From a virus: a stretch of 64,000 nucleotides of DNA. Below the pieces are notes generated by a model. The model was not told the DNA's origin, did no database searches, and saw nothing but the letters and a program-made list of their open reading frames with translations. Position 1 is the stretch's first letter, and every line of letters begins with the position of its first letter. Location: positions 64,001 to 128,000 of the IMG/VR virus record IMGVR_UViG_3300026484_000295. One strand, written 5' to 3'. The translations under genes were made by a program, and so were the position numbers. Positions 1 to 9,622 of this stretch are shown here, one piece after another.

Positions 1-2973
1 ATCTATTTTGAGTTCTGCCTGTGGAGCTTGTATTCTTTTTAATACCATTATATCTGTCATTGTACCATATAAAAGAGTAAGAATATTTTTAGATAAGAAA
101 TACCCTTCACCATAAATCATTGCTGGATCTTCATTTACTGCTACCGTTTGTAAACCAGTTAAACGCAATGTAAAATCATTTGCTCTATTTCCAGTATATT
201 CTCCAAAATAAGTAATTTTTTCTAATGTAAGAATATATGATTCTAATGATGTATTATTATCTATAAAGAAATTTTGATCGTCTAAAATAAATAAATTTTC
301 GCCATCTTGAGCTGCTATTTTTTCAATAGTATAAGGGTCTTTTTTAACAACTGTTAATTCGCCAGAAATACTATCTTGCTCCCAAACATGTCTAATAATA
401 GTAAATCTAATAACATCATTCTTATCAGCATTAAAGATTTTATAATTTTGACCTTTTCTTTCATACTCTAATTCTTGAACTGTTACATCTTCCCAAAATA
501 CTCCACCTTCTACAACTGCTATAGTTTTATTATCAACTGGCATAGCTTCATATGAAAGAGCAGAACCCAAATATTGAAAATATTTATCATCTTTTTTAAC
601 AATATCATTATAATCTAATTGTTCACCAGGTAATAATTCCTGTCCATCTGTCCAATTAAAACTATTTCCAGTTAATGGTTCTGGCATAACAATTATACCA
701 TTATCATTAGCCCAATGGCCATCAATATCATTTGTTGGTGTTCCAGTTTTTTCTAATCGTAAAATAATATCTTTTTTTCCAACACGCTTAATATATAATG
801 TATCACCTTTATTAATTTCTTCATTAAATTCTAAAGGTTTATCTAAACTCAATAATCCATCTATCTCATAATCACTATAAATTGAAAGTGATTGTCCATT
901 TCTAGTCAATTCAATATTACCTTGAATAATATTAAAATCAACAGGAATAACTAAGTTTAATACATCTTCTAATACCTCTTCAGTTTCAAATACAGGCATT
1001 ATATCATTATAAGAAATTGTTATAGGTGTTTCGACGCCATCTTCGGAAATTGTTACCATTTTAAGATTATCTTCAGAATCTACATAAACATAAACTTTTG
1101 TACTATCAGATTTTTTCTCAAAAACTCTATAACCGTTAACGTCAGTTAATTGAATTTCTTGTTTTGATTCATCTAAAATATATGTTCTTAATGATTCATT
1201 ATCAATATAAAATGTAAGATTATTAGCAACATAAATCATAATATCTGAATGCTTATACGTATCAGAATTATCTAATGTACCTTCAAAAATTTCTTGGACA
1301 TCATTCGATGGTGTATATAAGTTACCTCTACTATCAAGAAAGTAAATATCCCCATCTGATTTTTTATAATATTTTGTACCAACTTCATGATAATAATAAA
1401 ATACTTTACCGGCACTATGAGTATATAATTCACTATTAAGTGTAGTTATTAAAATATTTTCCGTAGTGATTTTAACAGCTCTATTAGCATTAACATCATT
1501 ACTAGTATAATTGCCATCAGCATCTAAAGTACTAACAATATTACCACCATTACCAACCATTAAAGTATCTACTCTATAATAATTAATTTCAGTTGTATCA
1601 ATAGTATGTATATCTTTAACATCATAATCATCTAAATTATCTTGAACTGTTATAGTTGTAGCAATATTACCATCAGTATCAGTTATATCTGCCACATCAA
1701 CATATTTTACATAAGATTTATCGACTACTATTTTAGATGCTCCAGCTGTTGCAGGAATATAATTTCCATCTGCATCTTTTCGTAATGTACCATCTTCATA
1801 TAACCAAACAAAATCTCCTGATGCATACGTTTCATCATTAAGTTGTTTTGAATAAGGATAATAAAAATATTTTTTTCCTGTATTTAAATACATTCTTATA
1901 TTTTTATCTTCTATATATTCATTTCCATGATTGTCAGTTTGAACTTCAAATCCTTGTTCAGATACAATTACTTTATTAAGAATATCAGTATCAAGACCAT
2001 TTATTGTTTGTGTAGTAATATTATATGTTACTAGCATAGGTTGCGTTATTTCAGATTCAACCAATACACCATTTTCTTCAACAAATCTAGTAACTGTCAT
2101 AGTATCCAAAAATACATCGGAGTCATTATGTTGTAATCTTACCTCTGTAGCATCATTAGATACCGATGGCACTATATCAAAAATTCTTGAGGTATCAGGA
2201 TCAATATATTGCGCTACAGCTTCAGAATTATAAATTCTTTCAAATTGAAAAGTATTACCAAAATCTATTGAATATCGAGTATATGGTTCTACTAAAGGAT
2301 CTGCATCCGGATCGGTTTCAATATATGATGTTCCATCATCTCTTAAATAGAAAACATTACTATCTTCATCCATATAATAATATTTTAGAACATCACCGTT
2401 AATCATTTGATCTATATCAATCTTATATTCATCAGTTATTCTATTAGTTACTGTAATAGTTATTGCAGAATCAGTTATTACTTTTTCATTAATAATAGTT
2501 TTTTTAGGTTGGAAATTTAATACCATATCGTTATCTTCTGGAAAGAAAACTGGAAGGTTTGGAGCAATAGGAAGTTGCATCATTTTTGATATATCTTGAC
2601 CAATATCACCTTTAGTATAATTAATATTATAACCTGCTACATTAATACCTCTTTTTTGACCATCAATGGTTTGTGGTTCAAATGGCGATTCATTCTCATC
2701 TAAATTTGAAATCCATACACCTGTATCTGCCTGTTCACCATTTCTAAATGGTACGAAATTTCTATTGATTTCAATAAACCCAGATTTCTCTAAGTTACGT
2801 TTATTAACTTCAATATCCCTTTCAATATGCGTTGTTTCTGGTAATCCAAATACAACATCTATTTCAGCAATTTTTGCTTCTAAATAATCCGAAAATGCTG
2901 CTGATACATTATTGAGATCGTTATCAATTTTCTCAAATACTTCACTATGAAGTTGATCTAATCTAATACCCAT
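1..2973 (-). CDS. Large virion structural / tail-fibre-like protein, partial (runs off the left edge; not in ORF track)
   Basis: ATG at 2973 with AGGAG RBS; hand-translated segments are in one open frame (MGIRLDQLHSEVFEKIDND...SGFIEI...QLPIAPN), paralogous to the N-terminus of 4509-7793; late promoter at 3147-3154. Confidence 0.75.
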   Translation of the reverse strand, partial: MGIRLDQLHSEVFEKIDNDLNNVSAAFSDYLEAKIAEIDVVFGLPETTHIERDIEVNKRNLEKSGFIEINRNFVPFRNGEQADTGVWISNLDENESPFEPQTIDGQKRGINVAGYNINYTKGDIGQDISKMMQLPIAPNLPVFFPEDNDMVLNFQPKKTIINEKVITDSAITITVTNRITDEYKIDIDQMINGDVLKYYYMDEDSNVFYLRDDGTSYIETDPDADPLVEPYTRYSIDFGNTFQFERIYNSEAVAQYIDPDTSRIFDIVPSVSNDATEVRLQHNDSDVFLDTMTVTRFVEENGVLVESEITQPMLVTYNITTQTINGLDTDILNKVIVSEQGFEVQTDNHGNEYIEDKNIRMYLNTGKKYFYYPYSKQLNDETYASGDFVWLYEDGTLRKDADGNYIPATAGASKIVVDKSYVKYVDVADITDTDGNIATTITVQDNLDDYDVKDIHTIDTTEINYYRVDTLMVGNGGNIVSTLDADGNYTSNDVNANRAVKITTENILITTLNSELYTHSAGKVFYYYHEVGTKYYKKSDGDIYFLDSRGNLYTPSNDVQEIFEGTLDNSDTYKHSDIMIYVANNLTFYIDNESLRTYILDESKQEIQLTDVNGYRVFEKKSDSTKVYVYVDSEDNLKMVTISEDGVETPITISYNDIMPVFETEEVLEDVLNLVIPVDFNIIQGNIELTRNGQSLSIYSDYEIDGLLSLDKPLEFNEEINKGDTLYIKRVGKKDIILRLEKTGTPTNDIDGHWANDNGIIVMPEPLTGNSFNWTDGQELLPGEQLDYNDIVKKDDKYFQYLGSALSYEAMPVDNKTIAVVEGGVFWEDVTVQELEYERKGQNYKIFNADKNDVIRFTIIRHVWEQDSISGELTVVKKDPYTIEKIAAQDGENLFILDDQNFFIDNNTSLESYILTLEKITYFGEYTGNRANDFTLRLTGLQTVAVNEDPAMIYGEGYFLSKNILTLLYGTMTDIMVLKRIQAPQAELKID

Positions 2974-3146
2974 TATATTTCTCCTGTTTATAAAATTTTA
3001 AGCTTAAAATTCGTTGATGAAAAAGTGTGGGGAGCAGGAGTGTATTATGAAGAACTATAAAAGTATATTATAAAAACACTAATGCCGACACACCAGTCAT
3101 TATTTAATCAATTCGAGTCGGTTTCACAGAATTGATTTACTGTTTT

Positions 3147-3154
3147 TATTTATA
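3147..3154 (-). promoter_or_regulatory. T4-type late promoter TATAAATA
   Basis: Exact T4 gp55 consensus, intergenic, upstream of a structural gene. Confidence 0.7.
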
Positions 3155-3168
3155 CTTAAATTTACTTT

Positions 3169-3627
3169 TTAATTAGATATTATAATTATGTCGCTACGTT
3201 TTGAATTGGGGATAATAATACTATTATCTTCTTGGCAATATTCTAAAGTAGATAATTTTAAACCATTTCTTGTAACTTCAAATGAATTATTTACAATATC
3301 GAATGAAGGTGTAAGTTTTTGTTCTTTTTTTCGTAATTTAAATTCATCTCTACGTTTTACGGGTGTCAATTCAACCCATCCATCACCATGAAATAATTTT
3401 ACTGTTTGTTCATTGGTATCATACCATAATTGTCCGGGCATAGGATTTTCTGGAGGATTATTGCCTGCAAAATTTTGTAAAATTTTTAATAAATTTTCAT
3501 TATTTGTTTTAACTATATCACCTGCGCCCTTTCCAACTAATTTTATACCTGCGAGTTCTTTAATTGTTTTATTAGGTACTTCAACAATAGATGCATGATT
3601 ATCAGTTTGTGTTAATACGATTCCCAT
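3169..3627 (-). CDS. Small virion/baseplate-fibre protein, short paralog of 24816-28811
   Basis: LVGKG...NLLKILQNFA...P.NP.PGQLWYD aligns with the N-terminus of the 1331-aa protein; one VTRNG module at the C-terminus. Confidence 0.65.
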   Translation of the reverse strand: MGIVLTQTDNHASIVEVPNKTIKELAGIKLVGKGAGDIVKTNNENLLKILQNFAGNNPPENPMPGQLWYDTNEQTVKLFHGDGWVELTPVKRRDEFKLRKKEQKLTPSFDIVNNSFEVTRNGLKLSTLEYCQEDNSIIIPNSKRSDIIIISN

Positions 3628-3694
3628 AAGGTATCCTTATTTTTATTTTGTATTATTTATGTATTTTTATAAGATATTTTGAAGAAAGTTATGA

Positions 3695-3720
3695 TTCTAT
3701 GGGTTTAAAAACCCATAGAA
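3695..3720 (-). terminator. Hairpin, probable intrinsic terminator
   Basis: TTCTATGGGTTT-AA-AAACCCATAGAA perfect inverted repeat just after the stop of 3726-4472. Confidence 0.6.
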
Positions 3721-3725
3721 AAGAA

Positions 3726-4472
3726 TTAGTTATAGTCTGCTGATAAAATATCAGAAATGATATTCTGTCTCTCAACATATTTATTTATTGCATTTGAATC
3801 ATGCGGTGTTAAATTATCACCATTAATCTGTTTAATTAATGCAGTTAATGCATTAGACATATCAGCGATTAAATCTTTGTCATCACCAACTTGTACATTA
3901 ATTTCTTGTCTAACAAGAATCTTTTTAATTGATTGTTCTTTGTCATCACTTAATGACGGTATTGGTCTAGCAGGTGCTGAGGTAATACCTCTGAATCCAG
4001 CTAAATAGCCATTATTAGATTCTAAATCATTTCTTAATTCTAAAGCAACAGTATAAGGTGTCTGGTGTACCTCTTTAACTTTATGTGTTTCTCTAGTATA
4101 GTGATCATAGAACTCTTTCTCAACCGTTATTGTACCTTCAGTACATTCAGCAATTCTTGCTTTAATATTTGCTTGAACATCCGGTGTCAAAGGATTGCCA
4201 TTTCTATCACCATTTTTTAGTTTTAACTCTAAAGTCTCTCGTTCAGCATCCATTTTTTGTAAATCTGTTTGAGCCTTAAACCAAGCATCTTCAATACCTA
4301 TTAATTCTCGTTCCGCTTCACCTTTTAAAGTTGTATTAGCAATAGAATTGATAACTTTCTGGTTGTCAATTCCTGATAATCTTTCGATTAAATTTTCTGC
4401 TGCTGTAAACGAATACTCTGCAACTCTTGTAACTGTTCCATTATTAAATGAATATTTGTATTTTGTAACCAT
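3726..4472 (-). CDS. Hypothetical protein, possibly a fibre-associated/assembly partner
   Basis: 248-aa ORF with AGGAG RBS directly downstream of the fibre-like gene. Confidence 0.5.
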   Translation of the reverse strand: MVTKYKYSFNNGTVTRVAEYSFTAAENLIERLSGIDNQKVINSIANTTLKGEAERELIGIEDAWFKAQTDLQKMDAERETLELKLKNGDRNGNPLTPDVQANIKARIAECTEGTITVEKEFYDHYTRETHKVKEVHQTPYTVALELRNDLESNNGYLAGFRGITSAPARPIPSLSDDKEQSIKKILVRQEINVQVGDDKDLIADMSNALTALIKQINGDNLTPHDSNAINKYVERQNIISDILSADYN

Positions 4473-4508
4473 TATAAATCTCCTTTATTAGAGTTCAAGG
4501 GCGAACCC

Positions 4509-7500
4509 TTAAACTGCATCTCCAAAATAATATGGAAGTTTAATTTTTCTATGTCCAACTTTAACCATATTTCCTGTACCACCATTATCATCTGTTGTTT
4601 CACCATCAACTACAACAAATTGATTGTTATCTAGTTTATATGCAACACCATTAATATCAACATCCATATCTAACTCTTTATATAAAAGTTTCAAGAACAT
4701 TTCACCTCTAACAGAAGTAATATATGGTAAAATTTTAATAGCTGGACCATTACCTGCTAAATCAACTTCAGCATGAGTTAAAATTGACCATTCATTATTT
4801 AAAACTGCTCCATCTTCACCTTTATTTACTAAGTAAGTTGAAAGTGGAATTCTTTTTGCTGCACCTTTTGAACCAAGTGGAGCATCATGAATTGAAACTT
4901 TATCCATTAAATTAGATATAGCTTTGCATCCTAAATCTTGTTTAAGAGCATTACCCAACCAAATATCACCTAACATATCTACTTTTGTTGAAACTGTAAT
5001 AGATGTTGGGTTAGATGAAACTTCATAATAAATCTCAACTATAGCATCATCTGTAAATGTTTCCCAGTTAATAGCAATAGTATTATTATTAGTTAAATAA
5101 ACTGAATTTTCAAATCCAAATGTAGCAGGCGTTTCATCTACTTGATCAATAATTGATTTACCATTATTTGATGCCGTGATTTGTGTTAAAAAGGCTTTTT
5201 TTCCAGCTTTTTTATCAGTTGTTACAATAACTTTTTTGATAGTCTCTACTGGTTTAGACAATTTAAAAAATTTAGTGTTTGTATAAACTTGTTTATTTTG
5301 ATTATCATCCCATATACCACTAATAACATCTCTTGGTAGCATAGAATCACCTTCCTCATTAACAACCATAGCAGTACCTAAATTTCCATACATTTTCCAA
5401 CCCTCAGAATAACCACCTTTATCAGTAATATCAATCCAAGTATTTGTATCGGTTTCATCTATTGAAAAATAACCTGCGTTATCAGTTTGCGTACCTTGAA
5501 TATCATTTAAATTTTTTGTAGCTCCTCTATAAACATAATAATTTTGACCTGTAAATGCAATATTACCATTTTCTAAAATAGTGTCAGCATCTAAATCATT
5601 ACCAGTATGCATAGAAGTACTAAATTTAAATGAATTTCCTTTTGGATCTCCAATTATATCTGCAAATAATTGTGATTTTCTAGCAGCTCTATCTTTTGGT
5701 GAAACTAAAATAAATTCTGTAACTTCATCAATGTAAATTGCGCCGTCTGAAATTACTATTTTTTGGATTAAATTTCCATCAATATCAGTTTGTTCTTCAC
5801 CATTTGTATCTAAAACAGGCATTAATTTTACTTGTACTCTTCTAGTGAATTTATTAGAATAAAATGGTCTTGGATTGGTATCCGTTGACTCAACACCAGG
5901 TCTTACAAATAAAGAAGATGTATAACCGCTTGTGATATTCGTAGCAATTTTAGCATCCATACCAGTAATTTCGCTTCCATCTGCAAGTTTATAGTAAATT
6001 GGCAATTCAGTAACATAACCATAACCTTTTACGTTCTCACCATTATCCATTAAATATGAACCGTCAGCTTGTTGTACTAAAGCATTTTGAGCAATATTAC
6101 CTTCCCAATGATATAGATGGTTTTCTTGCTCCCATCCTCTTTGTTCACCAAGAATGAATTTATTAAATTCTTGTTCTAGTATATATACCAAATCTAATTG
6201 CTTATTAATATCAATTCTTAAATCATGTACATCAACTTCATTAACTTCATCATAATATAGTCCGTCATATCTTCCAGAAATACCAGAATTCATATCACCA
6301 CCAATAACAAATCCGGCAGCATTATCATATGAAGCTAAGATGGTTGTTCTATCAAATAACCAATTCATCATAATTTCATATTTATCTTCCCAAGTTGCAC
6401 CAGTTGTAGATGATGCTAGAGTAGCATTAGCAATATCCATTAGTGCAAATCCTATAATATCATCAGATTCATCATAATCTGCAACTAATCTTAAACCATC
6501 TCTAAATCTTGCAGAACCATTAGGATTAAATATTGTATCAAAAACACCTGTATTTCTTCTTGAAACTACAGCTAGAGGTAATGCAAATACATAACCATCT
6601 TGTGATAAATCTGTCGTATATTCTGTTGAATATGTACCATTAAGCGAATGTGGATTATCTTCATTAAAAGGAGCTAATATTTTATAATTATCATCAGAGT
6701 TGTTAATAGTACCTAGTTTACCTTGCGCTTTAATTACTGATGTTGCATCATTATCTTTTGTATATCCTAATACAGTAGTATCTGTTAAAAGTGTAGCAGG
6801 ATTCTTAGCAAAAGAGACAACTCTTACTCTATACCTAATTTGTACAAGTTTATCACCATCTACAAATATATTATGTTTATAATTTGCTGCAATTATATTT
6901 TTATAAGCAGCTTTTAAATTAGTCCATTGCCAACCTCTACCTTTTGGTTTTTCAGTTGTTGTTTCATTACCATTTTGATCAATTTCTGTTAGAGTAATTG
7001 AATCACCATCGAATGATTCACAATAACCTACCTCACCTGTAAAATATTCAGTAGCTATACCATCTGCATTTTCACCAGTATATTGTACATTACCATATGG
7101 GAAAACAAATCCAGTTTCAGTAATATCCTCTCTCCATACTTCTAAAAATACTAATTCATCTCTTACTAATTCATCAACTGTATTTGGTGCGTCTGGTAAA
7201 TTTATTGCCATTAATTTATTATCAGTAATTACCTCGCTATTAGGGATAGTACCTTGTATTGTTAAATTGATACCATCAACTAATACTTCAGTTAATTCAC
7301 CTGTACTTGGATCTAATGTATCTTCAGTATAACCATTAGCATTCAATAAAAAGAAATTTTCAAACCAGAATTTCTTAATAGCATTTTCACCTTCTCCAAT
7401 AATACCGGCAATTCTTGGAATTCCATCATTTGCTAACATCGACTTATTAATAGTTTTAGAACTATTAATTTTACCACCAAATTCTAAGAAACCAGAACCA

Positions 7501-7793
7501 GTTGTAATTTGTTTTCTTGCTGTTGAAGCAGAATCAATAGCATTTCTGCCTGGCAAATATATAGCATTTGCGTTTGTTAATTCCCAGTCAGCTCCCTCAC
7601 CAGTACCATTCCAAATTTTCATTAAACTTGTTGTTGTATCGAACCATCTATACCCTACCGTTGGTGCCGCAGGTGCATCTGGACCAACAGTATATTGTAA
7701 CGACGTTTCAATTTGTTGTTTAATTGCAACGTCTTTCTCATCAACTTTACTCATAATTTCATTGTGTAGTTGATTTAATCGTATCAAAGACAT
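4509..7793 (-). CDS. Large tail-fibre-like virion protein
   Basis: 1094 aa; G.RWFDT fibre motif near the N-terminus; late promoter at 7826-7833 and AGGAG RBS. Confidence 0.65.
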   Translation of the reverse strand: MSLIRLNQLHNEIMSKVDEKDVAIKQQIETSLQYTVGPDAPAAPTVGYRWFDTTTSLMKIWNGTGEGADWELTNANAIYLPGRNAIDSASTARKQITTGSGFLEFGGKINSSKTINKSMLANDGIPRIAGIIGEGENAIKKFWFENFFLLNANGYTEDTLDPSTGELTEVLVDGINLTIQGTIPNSEVITDNKLMAINLPDAPNTVDELVRDELVFLEVWREDITETGFVFPYGNVQYTGENADGIATEYFTGEVGYCESFDGDSITLTEIDQNGNETTTEKPKGRGWQWTNLKAAYKNIIAANYKHNIFVDGDKLVQIRYRVRVVSFAKNPATLLTDTTVLGYTKDNDATSVIKAQGKLGTINNSDDNYKILAPFNEDNPHSLNGTYSTEYTTDLSQDGYVFALPLAVVSRRNTGVFDTIFNPNGSARFRDGLRLVADYDESDDIIGFALMDIANATLASSTTGATWEDKYEIMMNWLFDRTTILASYDNAAGFVIGGDMNSGISGRYDGLYYDEVNEVDVHDLRIDINKQLDLVYILEQEFNKFILGEQRGWEQENHLYHWEGNIAQNALVQQADGSYLMDNGENVKGYGYVTELPIYYKLADGSEITGMDAKIATNITSGYTSSLFVRPGVESTDTNPRPFYSNKFTRRVQVKLMPVLDTNGEEQTDIDGNLIQKIVISDGAIYIDEVTEFILVSPKDRAARKSQLFADIIGDPKGNSFKFSTSMHTGNDLDADTILENGNIAFTGQNYYVYRGATKNLNDIQGTQTDNAGYFSIDETDTNTWIDITDKGGYSEGWKMYGNLGTAMVVNEEGDSMLPRDVISGIWDDNQNKQVYTNTKFFKLSKPVETIKKVIVTTDKKAGKKAFLTQITASNNGKSIIDQVDETPATFGFENSVYLTNNNTIAINWETFTDDAIVEIYYEVSSNPTSITVSTKVDMLGDIWLGNALKQDLGCKAISNLMDKVSIHDAPLGSKGAAKRIPLSTYLVNKGEDGAVLNNEWSILTHAEVDLAGNGPAIKILPYITSVRGEMFLKLLYKELDMDVDINGVAYKLDNNQFVVVDGETTDDNGGTGNMVKVGHRKIKLPYYFGDAV

Positions 7794-7825
7794 ATTATTC
7801 TCCTTTTCTTGTATAATTTCATTTT

Positions 7826-7833
7826 TATTTATA
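7826..7833 (-). promoter_or_regulatory. T4-type late promoter TATAAATA
   Basis: Exact consensus about 30 nt upstream of the ATG at 7793. Confidence 0.7.
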
Positions 7834-7894
7834 ACTAATATTCTAAAATTAACTTTTAATAAATACAGATTATAAAATTATTATTTTACAATTT

Positions 7895-9616
7895 TTAATA
7901 TTTTTTTAAAATGCGTTTCCCACTATCTGTATAAATTAAAAATCCATTCATCAACATATTTTCTTTGATAGTTAGATTATTATCATATAATTCTATATAA
8001 GCCATTACATTAGTATGATCTAAACTATTACATGGAATAAATATATCCTTTTTATTATAATACAATGATTCCGAGATTGACCCTTCAAAACTAAAGTTAA
8101 TCTTAAAAAATAAATCTAAATATAAATTAAATCTCCTATCAATAGATACTATTATAGATTTATCAATCAATGATAAAATATCTATAAATGGATTAGTATT
8201 AAAATCTATTTCTGGATATATTGCAAATTGTTTAATTTCTATATTTTTTTTATGATTTGAAATCCCCATTACAGCTAGGAGTTCATTATTAAAAAATGCA
8301 CCATACATTTTTGTAAATGGTAAACTGATATTATATAAATGTTCATTTAAAAAATTAAAGCCCGTTGTTGTATCAATCATTTTAATTTCGAGTTCATCAA
8401 CATCCATTTTTTTTATTTTGTATTTTAATTTATAAAGTATAATTTGCTTGCAATACTCTTCATAATATGACCATTCGTATTCATAAAATTGTATTAAGTT
8501 TATATCTAAATTATCAGCATTTAAACTATTATCAATATAAGATGTATCTTTAGAAGTTGATGGCGATAAAATCTCTATAATAATATTTGTTTTTAAAATT
8601 TCTACTTTATCCAATTCTACTATCTTAAAATTATATCCTATCAAACCTAAAAAGCACTGGATTTTATTTAAAATATTTTTTCTATTATCTAGTATAGGAT
8701 TACATTGAGCACAAATAGGCAAATTATTAATATCAATTACGCTTTTAATTATACTATTACATGTCTTACATTTAAAAGTGTAAATATATTCGCTATCATA
8801 TATTTGCAAATCATCAATAAGAGTAACAAATATATTATCTTTAAATTTTTCAAAAATTTTATTATTAGTAGCGTTATCAATTTTTGATATAGATATAGGG
8901 TTTTTTTGTGCAGAATAACTGTCATATTTTGAAATAATTGTATTTTTACGTTTTTCTAAAATAGTTTTATTCTTTATAGGAAATATAGTTCCAAATTTTT
9001 TTAAATTTGTATCGTATGCTTTTTTTCTAATATAATCTAATGATAAAGGGTTGGGTACACCATACTTCATTAAATTAGTGGTTATTGTTTTATTTCTAAT
9101 TTCCTGAGATTGTTGAGCGTATTCCACACCATATTTCTCTATCATTGTTTTTTTTATTTTTTCTTTTGTACTATCCAATTTTGCAATAGAATCTACACCA
9201 TATTTTTCTTTAACTGTTTTTTTTATTTTTTCTTTTGTACTATCCAATTTTGCAATAGAATCTACACCATATTTTTCTTTAACCGATAATTTCAATTTCT
9301 TTTTTTGTTTATCATTTTGTAAAGGGTGTTCTGCCCCATAATTTTTAAGAAAGGTTATTTTTTGATTGTGTTCTTTTGAACAGCCTAAATTAAATATATT
9401 AGTACGTTCATTAAATGAGGCATACTTCGAACAATTTTTAAATTGGCATTTTGGAGGAGCATCCATATCCCTTATCAATAAATACCATTGGGCTTTTATA
9501 GATAAAGTCGGGTATCTCTTATTTAGATACCCAATAAGTTCTTTTGAAAAGTTTTTAAAATAAATATTTTTTTTAGTCTTATAATATTCAATTTCTGCTT
9601 TTAATTTAATTTCCAT
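7895..9616 (-). CDS. Hef-like homing endonuclease family protein (KYGV repeats, Zn ribbons, apparently degenerate nuclease, C-terminal GNAT-like domain)
   Basis: CQFKNC...C...H; tandem KEKYGVDSIAKLDSTKEKIKKT repeats; CKTC...CAQC; INLIQFYEYEW; FLNEH...YGAFFNNELLAVMGI. Confidence 0.6.
   Translation of the reverse strand: MEIKLKAEIEYYKTKKNIYFKNFSKELIGYLNKRYPTLSIKAQWYLLIRDMDAPPKCQFKNCSKYASFNERTNIFNLGCSKEHNQKITFLKNYGAEHPLQNDKQKKKLKLSVKEKYGVDSIAKLDSTKEKIKKTVKEKYGVDSIAKLDSTKEKIKKTMIEKYGVEYAQQSQEIRNKTITTNLMKYGVPNPLSLDYIRKKAYDTNLKKFGTIFPIKNKTILEKRKNTIISKYDSYSAQKNPISISKIDNATNNKIFEKFKDNIFVTLIDDLQIYDSEYIYTFKCKTCNSIIKSVIDINNLPICAQCNPILDNRKNILNKIQCFLGLIGYNFKIVELDKVEILKTNIIIEILSPSTSKDTSYIDNSLNADNLDINLIQFYEYEWSYYEEYCKQIILYKLKYKIKKMDVDELEIKMIDTTTGFNFLNEHLYNISLPFTKMYGAFFNNELLAVMGISNHKKNIEIKQFAIYPEIDFNTNPFIDILSLIDKSIIVSIDRRFNLYLDLFFKINFSFEGSISESLYYNKKDIFIPCNSLDHTNVMAYIELYDNNLTIKENMLMNGFLIYTDSGKRILKKY
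9146..9283. repeat. Two perfect 69-bp tandem repeats inside the Hef-like gene
   Basis: Direct repeat encoding the 23-aa KYGV unit. Confidence 0.9.
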
Positions 9617-9622
9617 AACATA

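Noticed and set aside
4497-4510. GGG-TTCG-CCC hairpin as a terminator
   Set aside because: The stem is only 5 bp with a weak U-tract inside an apparent operon; it may be a stabilising or processing hairpin but this cannot be supported.
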